The notes below the pieces were generated by a model. That model was not told where the DNA came from, ran no database searches, and worked only from the letters and a program-made list of their open reading frames with translations. Shown piece after piece: positions 8,055 to 15,906 of a DNA stretch of 20,000 bases. How positions within the stretch are numbered: position 1 is the first letter of the stretch; the number at the start of each line of letters is the position of its first letter. A program made the position numbers and the translations under genes. The stretch lies in the IMG/VR virus record IMGVR_UViG_3300027798_000036. The stretch is one strand, 5' to 3'. The DNA is from an uncultured virus (IMG/VR IMGVR_UViG_3300027798_000036) (taxonomy: Duplodnaviria; Heunggongvirae; Uroviricota; Caudoviricetes).

Positions 8055-9412
8055 TAATTTTGAACGAACCAAACATCACCACCATTTTCAACAAAACGTT
8101 GTTGAAGTCTTTCAGGTATTTTCAAATCGGAGTTACTTCCTTTAACAGACAACGCAATCAAATTTGGAAGGTCAGCAATCCATTCAGGAAGTTCTTTCAA
8201 ATTAGGGTTGTTTGGAAGTGATAAGAACTCAAGGTTCTTAAGGTCTTTCAATTCATCAGGAACTTTACTCAAACCGTTTTCAACGTAGAACGTTTGAAGG
8301 TTTTTCAAGTTAGCCAACTCTTTAGGGAATAATAAATCCAAAGACTCTCTTGAAGTGTTTGTGAAATCTATTCTTTCAGTTTGTGGGTCAATGTTCTTGA
8401 ATAATTCATCCCAACCATACAAGGCAACATACTTAGATGAAGCATCTCTTGGGTAATCAATAACCAATTCTTTACCTGACTTGGCGTCTTTAGATAAACC
8501 TTTTACAAATTCAGGTTTGAAGTAATTTTTCAACTCTTTCATTGGTCCGTTCAATAATTGAACCAAATCTTGTTGACGGTCATGAACATCCATAAACTGA
8601 TTAGATGGGAAGTGGAACTGATATCTTTCAGCAGGAAGACCAGATACATCACCACGTTTTCCTTCAGTAGTATTAGGAATAATAACATATAAAGGACCAT
8701 CTTTAATGTAACGGTCAAACCAACTTAAACCAGGTGCTGATGTACACCATCTTGTTTCACCTTTACTTGGTTCCAACTGGTTACCACCATAGAAACAAGC
8801 CGCGTCTTTACCCAACTGACCTTTGTCTTCAACTTTAGCAATTGTCCATTCAGGTCCACGGAATACAATCTCTCCACCTGGATGCTCATAAGTTTGAGAA
8901 GCAATTTTCTTTTCCTCCTTTGATGCTTTGGTTTTTTCCATTGAGAAATCTTTAACCAAATCGTAAAGTTTTTCAGGTGTTAATTTATTAATATCTCTTA
9001 ATTCTGAAGGTATTTTACCCTTATGTCTGTCGAACTTTTGTAAGTCACCAGTAATTTTATAAAGGTCTTCCATGAATTGAGATTTCATCATTTTTGCAGC
9101 ATTTGCAGCCACTTTATCTGATAAATCAAGGAATTGACCTTCCTCATCTTTTGGACGTTGGTTAAGGTAAGTTTTGATTATCCATTGAGCGTATGGTCCA
9201 ACTTTTTTAACAACAGAAAAGTCACCACTAAAACTGTCTACATCAACACCTTCAGTAACTTTTGTCTGTGGGTCAGCTATAACCAACGCAAATAACTCCT
9301 GAGGAGTTAACAAAGGTTTCTTACCCTTTTCGGCTTTAGTAAGCTTGTCCGCCAAGACATCCATTCTTGACTGTTCAACAATAACCCTTCTTAATAAATC
9401 TTGAAATCTCAT
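8054..9412 (-). CDS. 'CFYG..TRWCT' domain protein with C-terminal leucine-rich repeats; probable late/virion protein
   Basis: Shares the DIN / IVF / AACFYG / TRWCT / FDRYIKDGPLY motifs with 943-2727. LRRs: PKELANLKNLQTFYV, VPDELKDLKNLEFLSLPNNPNL, LPEWIADLPNLIALSV. ATG 9412 (MRFQDLL) is preferred because ATG 9430 overlaps the TATTTATA motif at 9430-9437. Confidence 0.85.
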   Translation of the reverse strand: MRFQDLLRRVIVEQSRMDVLADKLTKAEKGKKPLLTPQELFALVIADPQTKVTEGVDVDSFSGDFSVVKKVGPYAQWIIKTYLNQRPKDEEGQFLDLSDKVAANAAKMMKSQFMEDLYKITGDLQKFDRHKGKIPSELRDINKLTPEKLYDLVKDFSMEKTKASKEEKKIASQTYEHPGGEIVFRGPEWTIAKVEDKGQLGKDAACFYGGNQLEPSKGETRWCTSAPGLSWFDRYIKDGPLYVIIPNTTEGKRGDVSGLPAERYQFHFPSNQFMDVHDRQQDLVQLLNGPMKELKNYFKPEFVKGLSKDAKSGKELVIDYPRDASSKYVALYGWDELFKNIDPQTERIDFTNTSRESLDLLFPKELANLKNLQTFYVENGLSKVPDELKDLKNLEFLSLPNNPNLKELPEWIADLPNLIALSVKGSNSDLKIPERLQQRFVENGGDVWFVQN

Positions 9413-9456
9413 TTCGGTATCTTTTGTCATATAAATATCTATAAATTGTGGTTTTT

Positions 9457-10296
9457 TTAATAATTCATTATTAAAAGTTCTTGACCCATGTTCTGTGTCT
9501 TACCTTTGGTCGCTGAAGCCGCCTTAGCGAACTCCTTCATTTCCCATTTGTAAGTTTCTTTTGGATACCACAAAGATAGTAAATCAAAGTCATAATATGA
9601 CAAAGAAAATTTTCCACTTATTGATGTTAACTTGTCAGCAAGTCTTTTGTGGTCGTCCACATCAAAGTCGTGATTAGAATAATAGTTCTCTGTTTTCCAA
9701 TATGGAGGGTCAACATAGAAGTATGTTGTAGGACTATCAAACTCATCAATTACATTACCAAAGTCCCCCAACCTGAAATGTGATATTCTATTGAAATGTT
9801 CAACCCAATCAGGTTTTGATAACTTATCCCTGAACGTCAAGAACTTTGATTTGTACTTACCCTTAAGGTCAATGAACCCTGATGTTTCAGGTCGTGAACC
9901 ACTGAAGATTGATGTAAGAATGTAAGCATACTTGGCTGCCACATCATAGTCAGGATAGTTAATCGTAAACCCCGTAGCAAACAACTCTTTCTGAAACAAA
10001 TTAAATTGTTCTTTATAGATACTCGGAGTGTCCTCAACACCCCTTTCCTGACATGGAATACTATTCACTGCGTTTAATAGAACTGAAGGGTTCTGAAGAC
10101 ACAAGAATAGGTTGTAATTCAATGGATTGAAGTCATTGTATACCACTCGTTTAAGATTTGGGTATTTACTCAAATCCATATTGAAGAAACACCAAAACAT
10201 TCCACCGAATGTTTCAACATATGTTTCCATATCGGTTGGATAGTAATCCTTAATCCACTTACCGATTTTTGATTTTCCGCCTATGTAACTTAACAT
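9457..10296 (-). CDS. D12/Dam-family N6-adenine DNA methyltransferase
   Basis: YIGGKS (motif X), YVETFGG (motif I variant), VYNDFN (motif II), YVDPPY (motif IV), LSYYD, ELLIMNY C-terminus. Confidence 0.88.
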   Translation of the reverse strand: MLSYIGGKSKIGKWIKDYYPTDMETYVETFGGMFWCFFNMDLSKYPNLKRVVYNDFNPLNYNLFLCLQNPSVLLNAVNSIPCQERGVEDTPSIYKEQFNLFQKELFATGFTINYPDYDVAAKYAYILTSIFSGSRPETSGFIDLKGKYKSKFLTFRDKLSKPDWVEHFNRISHFRLGDFGNVIDEFDSPTTYFYVDPPYWKTENYYSNHDFDVDDHKRLADKLTSISGKFSLSYYDFDLLSLWYPKETYKWEMKEFAKAASATKGKTQNMGQELLIMNY

Positions 10297-10300
10297 ACAA

Positions 10301-10332
10301 CAAATATAAGAAAGTTTTACCTAAAAAGCAAA
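10301..10332 (-). promoter_or_regulatory. Bacteroidota sigma70-type promoter TTTG-N20-TATATTTG
   Basis: Consensus match; the -7 box ends 4 nt before ATG 10296. Confidence 0.7.
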
Positions 10333-10369
10333 TGTTTACAAGAAATATTTATTGTAATATATTAGAACT

Positions 10370-10501
10370 ATGGGATGTCAAACTTGTAAAGAAAAAGGTG
10401 AAAGTAAAATTAACTGGATGGTAGTACTTGCCGTTGAGGTATTAATTGTGTCAGTTTATGGACACGTTAAATTATTTGAGGTTCTTTCTACCCTCTTTTA
10501 A
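10370..10501 (+). CDS. Small 43-aa membrane peptide with N-terminal MGCQTCK
   Basis: Not in the ORF track. [50 protein letters not shown] at 10346-10352 upstream; CxxC followed by one hydrophobic helix; 3' end overlaps dnaJ by 14 nt. Confidence 0.7.
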   Translation: MGCQTCKEKGESKINWMVVLAVEVLIVSVYGHVKLFEVLSTLF

Positions 10502-11432
10502 ATTTAACAATATTTTTCACATACATATCCCCAACTCTTTCTCTTCTAAAACCTTTTCCTCTAACCCTCATTGGTGTTGATGTATCAAACACTTCAGGGT
10601 ATTTGATTGATATTTTTCCGTCAGGGTGTGGTATTTCAATACTTTCTTTTTGTAACCCTTCAAAATCAACAATATTAATATAAATCAAATCATCACCAAG
10701 TTTCTCCCAATCGGGATGTTTAACCATATTGACTTTTATTAATAAGTTTCCGTAATTTCCATTATGGAAATCACCAGCGTTTTCCATTCTATAATATTCA
10801 CCATCATCTATTCCGTGATTTAGATTAATTTTAAGATTTTTAAATTCACCTACTGTTGACCTTCCTCCACACTGAAAACAAGCTTTAATTAACATGGTAC
10901 CTTTACCTTGACATATGGGACAAACATTCCTAATGACTTGTGTAAATAAACCATTTCCAACCTGTTGTACAATCTGACCAGTACCACGACAATTGGTACA
11001 CGTGGTGCGGTCACCACCAGTTCCATTACAAGGTTGACACCCAATCTCTCGTCTGTAGTTTATTTCTTTCTCAGAACCCAAATAAGACTCAATTGGTGTA
11101 ACATCAATTGATATGATTTTTTCAGGTGCTTTAGGTTTTCTTTGTTGTCCCTCAAAAGGATTTCCATTGAAACCCATTTGACTTAAGAAGTCTTCAAATC
11201 CCATTCCACCAGGTCCACCAGTACCAAACATGCTTGACATAGGGTTATCATACTTTTGTTTTTTGTCAGGACTACTTAAGGTATCGTAAGCCTCAGCAAT
11301 CTCTTTAAACTTTTCCTCACCATCAGGGTTTACATCTGGATGAAATTGTTTACTTAATTTCCTATATGCTTTTTTGATTTCGTCAGGGGATGCATTTTTA
11401 TCAACACCTAATATACCGTAATAATCTTTCAT
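10488..11432 (-). CDS. dnaJ: DnaJ (Hsp40) co-chaperone
   Basis: J domain (DYYGILGV...HPD), short G/F region, four zinc-finger repeats ([32 protein letters not shown]), C-terminal RVRGKG...GDMYV. Confidence 0.95.
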   Translation of the reverse strand: MKDYYGILGVDKNASPDEIKKAYRKLSKQFHPDVNPDGEEKFKEIAEAYDTLSSPDKKQKYDNPMSSMFGTGGPGGMGFEDFLSQMGFNGNPFEGQQRKPKAPEKIISIDVTPIESYLGSEKEINYRREIGCQPCNGTGGDRTTCTNCRGTGQIVQQVGNGLFTQVIRNVCPICQGKGTMLIKACFQCGGRSTVGEFKNLKINLNHGIDDGEYYRMENAGDFHNGNYGNLLIKVNMVKHPDWEKLGDDLIYINIVDFEGLQKESIEIPHPDGKISIKYPEVFDTSTPMRVRGKGFRRERVGDMYVKNIVKFKRG

Positions 11433-12090
11433 GAACTACCTTGTTGTTTTGTTTAAAAATAAGTCAAAGAAAAGGATAATCAATAAATTTATGACTTCCA
11501 AAAAAGCGTCTGACTTTTATAAAAATTTATTGGATGAAAACGAAGATATAATCTTTGATACCAAAACACAAAATGGTAGTCCAGTTAAGTACGAATTGGC
11601 TCTCCTTGAAAAGAAAGGTAATCAACTATTTCCTATATACACCAAAGATGAATACGGTAGAAATGTTAAATTGGAATTTGATAATGATGAATATAACATC
11701 ATTAAAATATCAGAATACAGGGAACCTGAACTCATTCACGATTACCAAACAAAAAACAAAATTAATGTTAATACGTTCTTAAGTAAGTATTTGTCTAAAC
11801 AAGGTGTTAAGATGGTATCTAAATTGAATAACAAGATTATTGTTCAGAATGAAGAGGACATTAATTTGTTTGTTCTTAAATCTGATAATGACGCATTAAG
11901 ATTCATTGAAAGTTTAACTGAAAGATTTGTTAAATTAAAAAGGGGTGACTGTATGTTTGTAAATGACTCATCAGGACCTCAAAAGAAATATTTGTATAAT
12001 TTACTTGAAGAAAAAGGTTTCAATAAAGATTTCCTTTATAGAAAGGAAACCACTTATTCTGTGGGTTCTTCCAATTTATTTAAAATGTAA
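11431..12090 (+). CDS. Hypothetical protein, 219 aa (Lys/Asn-rich)
   Basis: Long ORF on the opposite strand to its neighbours, with no competing long minus-strand ORF. Confidence 0.8.
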   Translation: MNYLVVLFKNKSKKRIINKFMTSKKASDFYKNLLDENEDIIFDTKTQNGSPVKYELALLEKKGNQLFPIYTKDEYGRNVKLEFDNDEYNIIKISEYREPELIHDYQTKNKINVNTFLSKYLSKQGVKMVSKLNNKIIVQNEEDINLFVLKSDNDALRFIESLTERFVKLKRGDCMFVNDSSGPQKKYLYNLLEEKGFNKDFLYRKETTYSVGSSNLFKM

Positions 12091-12290
12091 ATAAATTCTA
12101 CATTAGAAATATCAATCTTAAATTTTTCGTTTTTTCTATCAATTTCTCTAAACATACTCAAAGTTGATAGATACTCTTCCTTATCTAATTCAAATATAAT
12201 TGTAGCCTTACCACGGTATATATCAGTAACTCTATCGGCAATTTCCGCTAAATCACTTAAAACCCCAAACTCTTTTTTATTCTCGTCCAT
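12054..12290 (-). CDS. Hypothetical protein, 78 aa
   Basis: Last ORF of a tightly overlapping minus-strand series. Confidence 0.7.
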   Translation of the reverse strand: MDENKKEFGVLSDLAEIADRVTDIYRGKATIIFELDKEEYLSTLSMFREIDRKNEKFKIDISNVEFIYILNKLEEPTE

Positions 12291-12439
12291 AATGTATATT
12301 TTTTAATTACGATAATATCTTCTTTCTTCAAACCTTTTATAGAATTAATCATTTGTTGTTTGTAGTTGTCAACAAATACTTTGTCTTTGGCTTGTTCTTT
12401 TTTTAACCAATCATCTTCAATTTTCAACTTCTTGCTCAT
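12257..12439 (-). CDS. Hypothetical protein, 60 aa (amphipathic C-terminus TLWTRIKKSLGF)
   Basis: Fills the gap in the operon and overlaps both neighbours. Confidence 0.65.
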   Translation of the reverse strand: MSKKLKIEDDWLKKEQAKDKVFVDNYKQQMINSIKGLKKEDIIVIKKYTLWTRIKKSLGF

Positions 12440-12836
12440 CTTTCAACAAATGGTCTAATTCATCCATATCATCATGTTCAAGATTAATTTTCAATCCTTT
12501 GAGTTCATCTAAACTTGATGTTTTAAATATTTCTTTTAACTCCATAACTTTGGATTTAAGTAGTCTTTCTTTCTCTTCTCTTTCAAGGTTGTGGTTAATA
12601 AGTTCGGCAATTACTTCAACCATATGATTAAAGTCATCATTTAATTGACTAACAAAGATTAAAAAATAACCTTCACCAGTATATTTTTCATTTTGTTCAA
12701 CCTGTGCTTTTTGTAAAATTTCATTTGGAAACTCCCAAGTCTTCGGGAAAATCAACTCAACACTAACATAAGTTTTTAGTTTTCTTATGCCGTGAAAATA
12801 TGGGAATAAATATTGTAATACTTCTTGGAATGTCAT
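12417..12836 (-). CDS. Hypothetical protein, 139 aa
   Basis: ATGA-coupled to the upstream ORF; coiled-coil segment NLEREEKERLL. Confidence 0.75.
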   Translation of the reverse strand: MTFQEVLQYLFPYFHGIRKLKTYVSVELIFPKTWEFPNEILQKAQVEQNEKYTGEGYFLIFVSQLNDDFNHMVEVIAELINHNLEREEKERLLKSKVMELKEIFKTSSLDELKGLKINLEHDDMDELDHLLKDEQEVEN

Positions 12837-13012
12837 GATAAAATGTATGTGATTAAATATGATAATGCGATGGCGTTAATTAAGCGGTCCTTATCAGTCA
12901 TTACAAATTTAGTAGGGACTGACAAGGCTAACGCGAAATTGGTTAATGTTCTCATAAGTATTAAAGATGAGAATACAGATAGAAATAATAATATAGGTAC
13001 TATATTAATCAT
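12833..13012 (-). CDS. Small two-TM membrane protein (59 aa)
   Basis: Start re-assigned to ATG 13012 (MINIVPILLFLSVFSSLIL), overlapping the Hc1-like stop; two hydrophobic segments. Confidence 0.65.
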   Translation of the reverse strand: MINIVPILLFLSVFSSLILMRTLTNFALALSVPTKFVMTDKDRLINAIALSYLITYILS

Positions 13013-13181
13013 TCTGTTTTTTGTTTTCAAGGATTTCACCTCTTAGTTGTTGCAAAAGCGCTTTCATATCTTGAGAAAGTTTACGAGCTCTTGTACCCGC
13101 ACTTTTGTTACCTTTGAAGAATTTTGTAGTATCTACAGAAAGTTCTTCCATTAAGACTTTAAGTTGTTCTAATGTTTCCAT
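13005..13181 (-). CDS. Hc1-family histone H1-like protein (58 aa)
   Basis: Not in the ORF track. METLEQLKVLMEELSVDTTKFFKGNKSAGTRARKLSQDMKALLQQLRGEILENKKQND*. GNKSAGTRARK is the signature of Hc1 / Bacteroidota 'histone H1' proteins. Confidence 0.88.
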   Translation of the reverse strand: METLEQLKVLMEELSVDTTKFFKGNKSAGTRARKLSQDMKALLQQLRGEILENKKQND

Positions 13182-13247
13182 GTTTTTTTTTAAATTTAAT
13201 TAAATCATAATTTTTTATTGCTGGTAGTAAATAAAATAAAGGTTTTT

Positions 13248-13715
13248 TTATACTAAGTTTTTATTTAAAAGTTTGTAAATGTCTGTTACCATATCCAAAT
13301 CTGATTTAGTATAAACTTTTGTTTCGTCAAATAACTCATCAAAAAATTTATTAATGTTTTCAGATATTGTTTTATTATCAGGGTTATAAAATAAATCCTC
13401 ATAAAAATTCTGATAATACTCTTTATGGTCACCATTAGTTTTGAACCTAATATTTTCTTTAGCAAAATTTTCCACTGTCTTGGACCAGCACCAATCAAAG
13501 TGTGAATTTTTTTCTTCTTGGGATAATAAAACTCTGGTTTCAGTTGCATCTTCGGGTTCATTACCCAAATAGGTTTCTTTTATTAAAGAATCCAAACTAA
13601 ACGTAAAATCTGCAAATAATTCACGTTTCTCATAAATCATATTGTTCATGTTGAACCAAACTTCAACATCTTCCCGAGTTACAGGCTTCATCATCCAAGA
13701 ATAAAAATTCTCCAT
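13248..13715 (-). CDS. Hypothetical protein, 155 aa
   Basis: Aromatic-rich ORF (HFDWCWSKTVENF); no family recognised. Confidence 0.8.
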   Translation of the reverse strand: MENFYSWMMKPVTREDVEVWFNMNNMIYEKRELFADFTFSLDSLIKETYLGNEPEDATETRVLLSQEEKNSHFDWCWSKTVENFAKENIRFKTNGDHKEYYQNFYEDLFYNPDNKTISENINKFFDELFDETKVYTKSDLDMVTDIYKLLNKNLV

Positions 13716-13736
13716 AGAAAGGTATCTATGGAGAAT
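13707..13736 (-). promoter_or_regulatory. 12-bp hairpin that includes the start codon of the 155-aa gene
   Basis: Minus strand ATTCTCCATAGA-TACCTT-TCTATGGAGAAT; the ATG (13715-13713) lies in the 3' arm. Confidence 0.55.
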
Positions 13737-13763
13737 ATAAGTATAATCTTTATTAAATGTATA

Positions 13764-15230
13764 TTATTGAGTTTTTTTCTTGTAACCCAAAAGATGTTTC
13801 ATTTTGTCCATCTCTTCGTTAATCAATTTACTCTTTTTGTTATCAGATTCGCCAAGTTTATTGAAAAGGCTATCCAAAGAATTATTGTGAGTTTCTTCAC
13901 CCGCTTGGTCAACTGGTTGTGGTACTCTATTATAAGACCTATTCTTTTCTGCTCCGTATAAGTTTTTCTTTCTCTTAGCATTAATCTTCTTACCTAAACC
14001 TGTATCAATAGCGTTTCCACCAGCTCCGTTTCCTGTCTTAGAAGAACCTTCAATGTTCGCCTTTAACCAATCTTCATTTGGTTTAATCTCATCGTATTGT
14101 AAGTTTTCCATACCAGGTGAATAAGCAAAGTTCTCAATGTATTCCTCAACAGCACTTGATGGTGTGTATGCCTTCTTAGTCATTTTAGCTAACTCACCAT
14201 TACCTTTTGGAAATTGTGTTGGGTTTGCATCGTACTTACCTTTAGAAGCATCTTTTAAATAAGTCTGCATTTTTTTAGTAACAGATTTAATATAATCATC
14301 ATTTTCAGTCTTTGATGATTTTAATGATTTGTTAGTTACAGGAACCGTAGTCTGTTCGTTAACAATTTTTTCAATCAAATCAATAAGTTCATCCTCTGTA
14401 AGTTGAATTGATTCTTTTACAGGATATGTTTTACCATCAACCTCAAAAGATTTATCACCACTTTTTTTAGCGTTTGCTAAAGCTCCCGAAAATTCATTAC
14501 CCTCTTCCATTTCCCCATCTTCTGAGTCTTTTGGGTCTTTGTCAAATCTACCTTGACCAGGTCCAACATAGTGCCAACCTCTAATATCGTCATAATCATA
14601 TCCTATATTTCCTAAATATGGATTTTCTTTTTTATCTTTTTCACGAGCAACTTCAGGGTCTTCCTTTTTACCAAACATTTTCTTGAACATGTTTTCATCA
14701 ACTTCACCCTCACTGAATTCTTTAGATACTTTTCTTTCGTATTTGTCACCAACATTTTTTACTTTGTGTGGTGTTTTAATTTGTTTTTCGTAATCAGCAT
14801 TTGGTAACATATCATCATAACTTAAATCATCATCAGTCGCTGTATCACCAAATGAATATTCATTGATGTCTTCTTTAACGAATTTAGTACCTCTATATAA
14901 AGGTTCGTTCTTAGATAATTTGTTTGCCTCAGACCATCCTTGACCATCACTTTTATCATCCCAATTTTCATCAACATCACCTGAAACAATCTCACCATGT
15001 TCAAATCCTGCTTGTGTTTTTGATTTTTGTTTCTTACTTCTTAATTTTTCAAAATCAGCTGCGGTTATTTTACCTTTTGGTTCTGCAACATCAATTTTTT
15101 TCTGACCACCATGAAGTGATTCTGTAATGCCATTTTTAGCTTTGTTAAGTATATTATCAGCTTTAAAACTAATTGCTTCAGCTAAAACTTTTGATACTAT
15201 TTCATCAATATGTGTTTCAATGTTTCTCAT
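13764..15230 (-). CDS. 488-aa charged, modular protein; probable capsid-internal/prohead-core protein
   Basis: TATTTATA at 15243-15250. Modules LHGGQKKIDVAEPKGKITAADFEKLR, GNEFSGALANAKKSGDKSFEVDGKTYPV, LTEDELIDLIEKIVNEQ and INEEMDKMKHLLGY, separated by hydrophobic-x-E sites. Confidence 0.7.
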   Translation of the reverse strand: MRNIETHIDEIVSKVLAEAISFKADNILNKAKNGITESLHGGQKKIDVAEPKGKITAADFEKLRSKKQKSKTQAGFEHGEIVSGDVDENWDDKSDGQGWSEANKLSKNEPLYRGTKFVKEDINEYSFGDTATDDDLSYDDMLPNADYEKQIKTPHKVKNVGDKYERKVSKEFSEGEVDENMFKKMFGKKEDPEVAREKDKKENPYLGNIGYDYDDIRGWHYVGPGQGRFDKDPKDSEDGEMEEGNEFSGALANAKKSGDKSFEVDGKTYPVKESIQLTEDELIDLIEKIVNEQTTVPVTNKSLKSSKTENDDYIKSVTKKMQTYLKDASKGKYDANPTQFPKGNGELAKMTKKAYTPSSAVEEYIENFAYSPGMENLQYDEIKPNEDWLKANIEGSSKTGNGAGGNAIDTGLGKKINAKRKKNLYGAEKNRSYNRVPQPVDQAGEETHNNSLDSLFNKLGESDNKKSKLINEEMDKMKHLLGYKKKTQ

Positions 15231-15255
15231 TGTAATTTTATTTATAAATACTTTA

Positions 15256-15906
15256 TTATTTTTGTTTAATTGTCTTTAACTCTAATTCGTGTTGAATTAT
15301 TGCTTTGATTACGTTTTCATGAATTCCCATTTTTTTAGATAAATTAGTAATTGATTCTTTAACTAACTTATTTTCATATAATTTTAGCGCATTAATATCG
15401 CCTTGATTACAATATGGAAACGTTTGGCATTTCTTTTTTATTTGTACAAATTTACCACCAGGTATTTGAGTTTTAGACGCTCCTCTCCAATTCTTTTTAT
15501 TTGGTGCCACCCAACCTGGTGTTGAGTATTGTCCTGATGATGAAGAACTTGTTGCTTCAGTTGTTTCACCACCCTCTATACTTTCCTGAACTTTAGTAAC
15601 AGGGTCCTTTGGAGTTGCAAGAGAGAATAAAGGTGCTGAGTATTGTCCTGAAGATGCTGTGCTAGTGGCTTCAACGGCTTCTTTTTTCTTTTTTCCTTGA
15701 CAATGAGCCTTTTGACTAAACCCTTTTGGATTACTGCAGTCAATACTACTTTTATATTTTTGACTCCATTTTTCGTCAATTTCAGTTTCTTCTCCTACAG
15801 ATTTTTTAAAATTATTAAGTTGCTTTGAAGTCTCTGATGTTTTATCAGAATTTCTTCTTAGTGAAGATTCAACACTACTTACCAATTTTTTAGTCATATT
15901 ATCCAT
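15256..15906 (-). CDS. 216-aa modular protein with Cys-containing basic modules and an internal repeat; probable virion protein
   Basis: Modules KWSQKYKSSIDCSNPKGFSQKAHCQGKKK, two copies of EATSxxSSGQYSxP, and KKKCQTFPYCNQG. Confidence 0.75.
   Translation of the reverse strand: MDNMTKKLVSSVESSLRRNSDKTSETSKQLNNFKKSVGEETEIDEKWSQKYKSSIDCSNPKGFSQKAHCQGKKKKEAVEATSTASSGQYSAPLFSLATPKDPVTKVQESIEGGETTEATSSSSSGQYSTPGWVAPNKKNWRGASKTQIPGGKFVQIKKKCQTFPYCNQGDINALKLYENKLVKESITNLSKKMGIHENVIKAIIQHELELKTIKQK
15518..15656. repeat. Intragenic 25-nt direct repeat (2 copies, 2 mismatches)
   Basis: ggtgttgagtattgtcctgatgatg (15518-15542) and ggtgctgagtattgtcctgaagatg (15632-15656); encodes SSGQYSxP twice. Confidence 0.8.

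Noticed and set aside
10488..10490. Possible stop-codon reassignment as in some Bacteroidota phages
   Set aside because: Genes are intact and tightly packed in code 11; TGA (171, 12833, 18784) and TAG (dnaJ) fall at sensible gene ends.
2837..10501. MGC N-termini as eukaryotic myristoylation/palmitoylation signals (giant-virus origin)
   Set aside because: The bacterial sigma factor, Bacteroidota promoters, coupled operons and intrinsic terminator point to a bacteriophage.
4998..11782. Nested ORFs 4998-5198, 9837-10040 and 11555-11782
   Set aside because: Entirely within better-supported genes, with no motifs or expression signals.
15518..15656. 25-nt direct repeat as a mini CRISPR array
   Set aside because: Only two imperfect copies, in frame within a CDS, with an 89-nt spacer and no cas genes.
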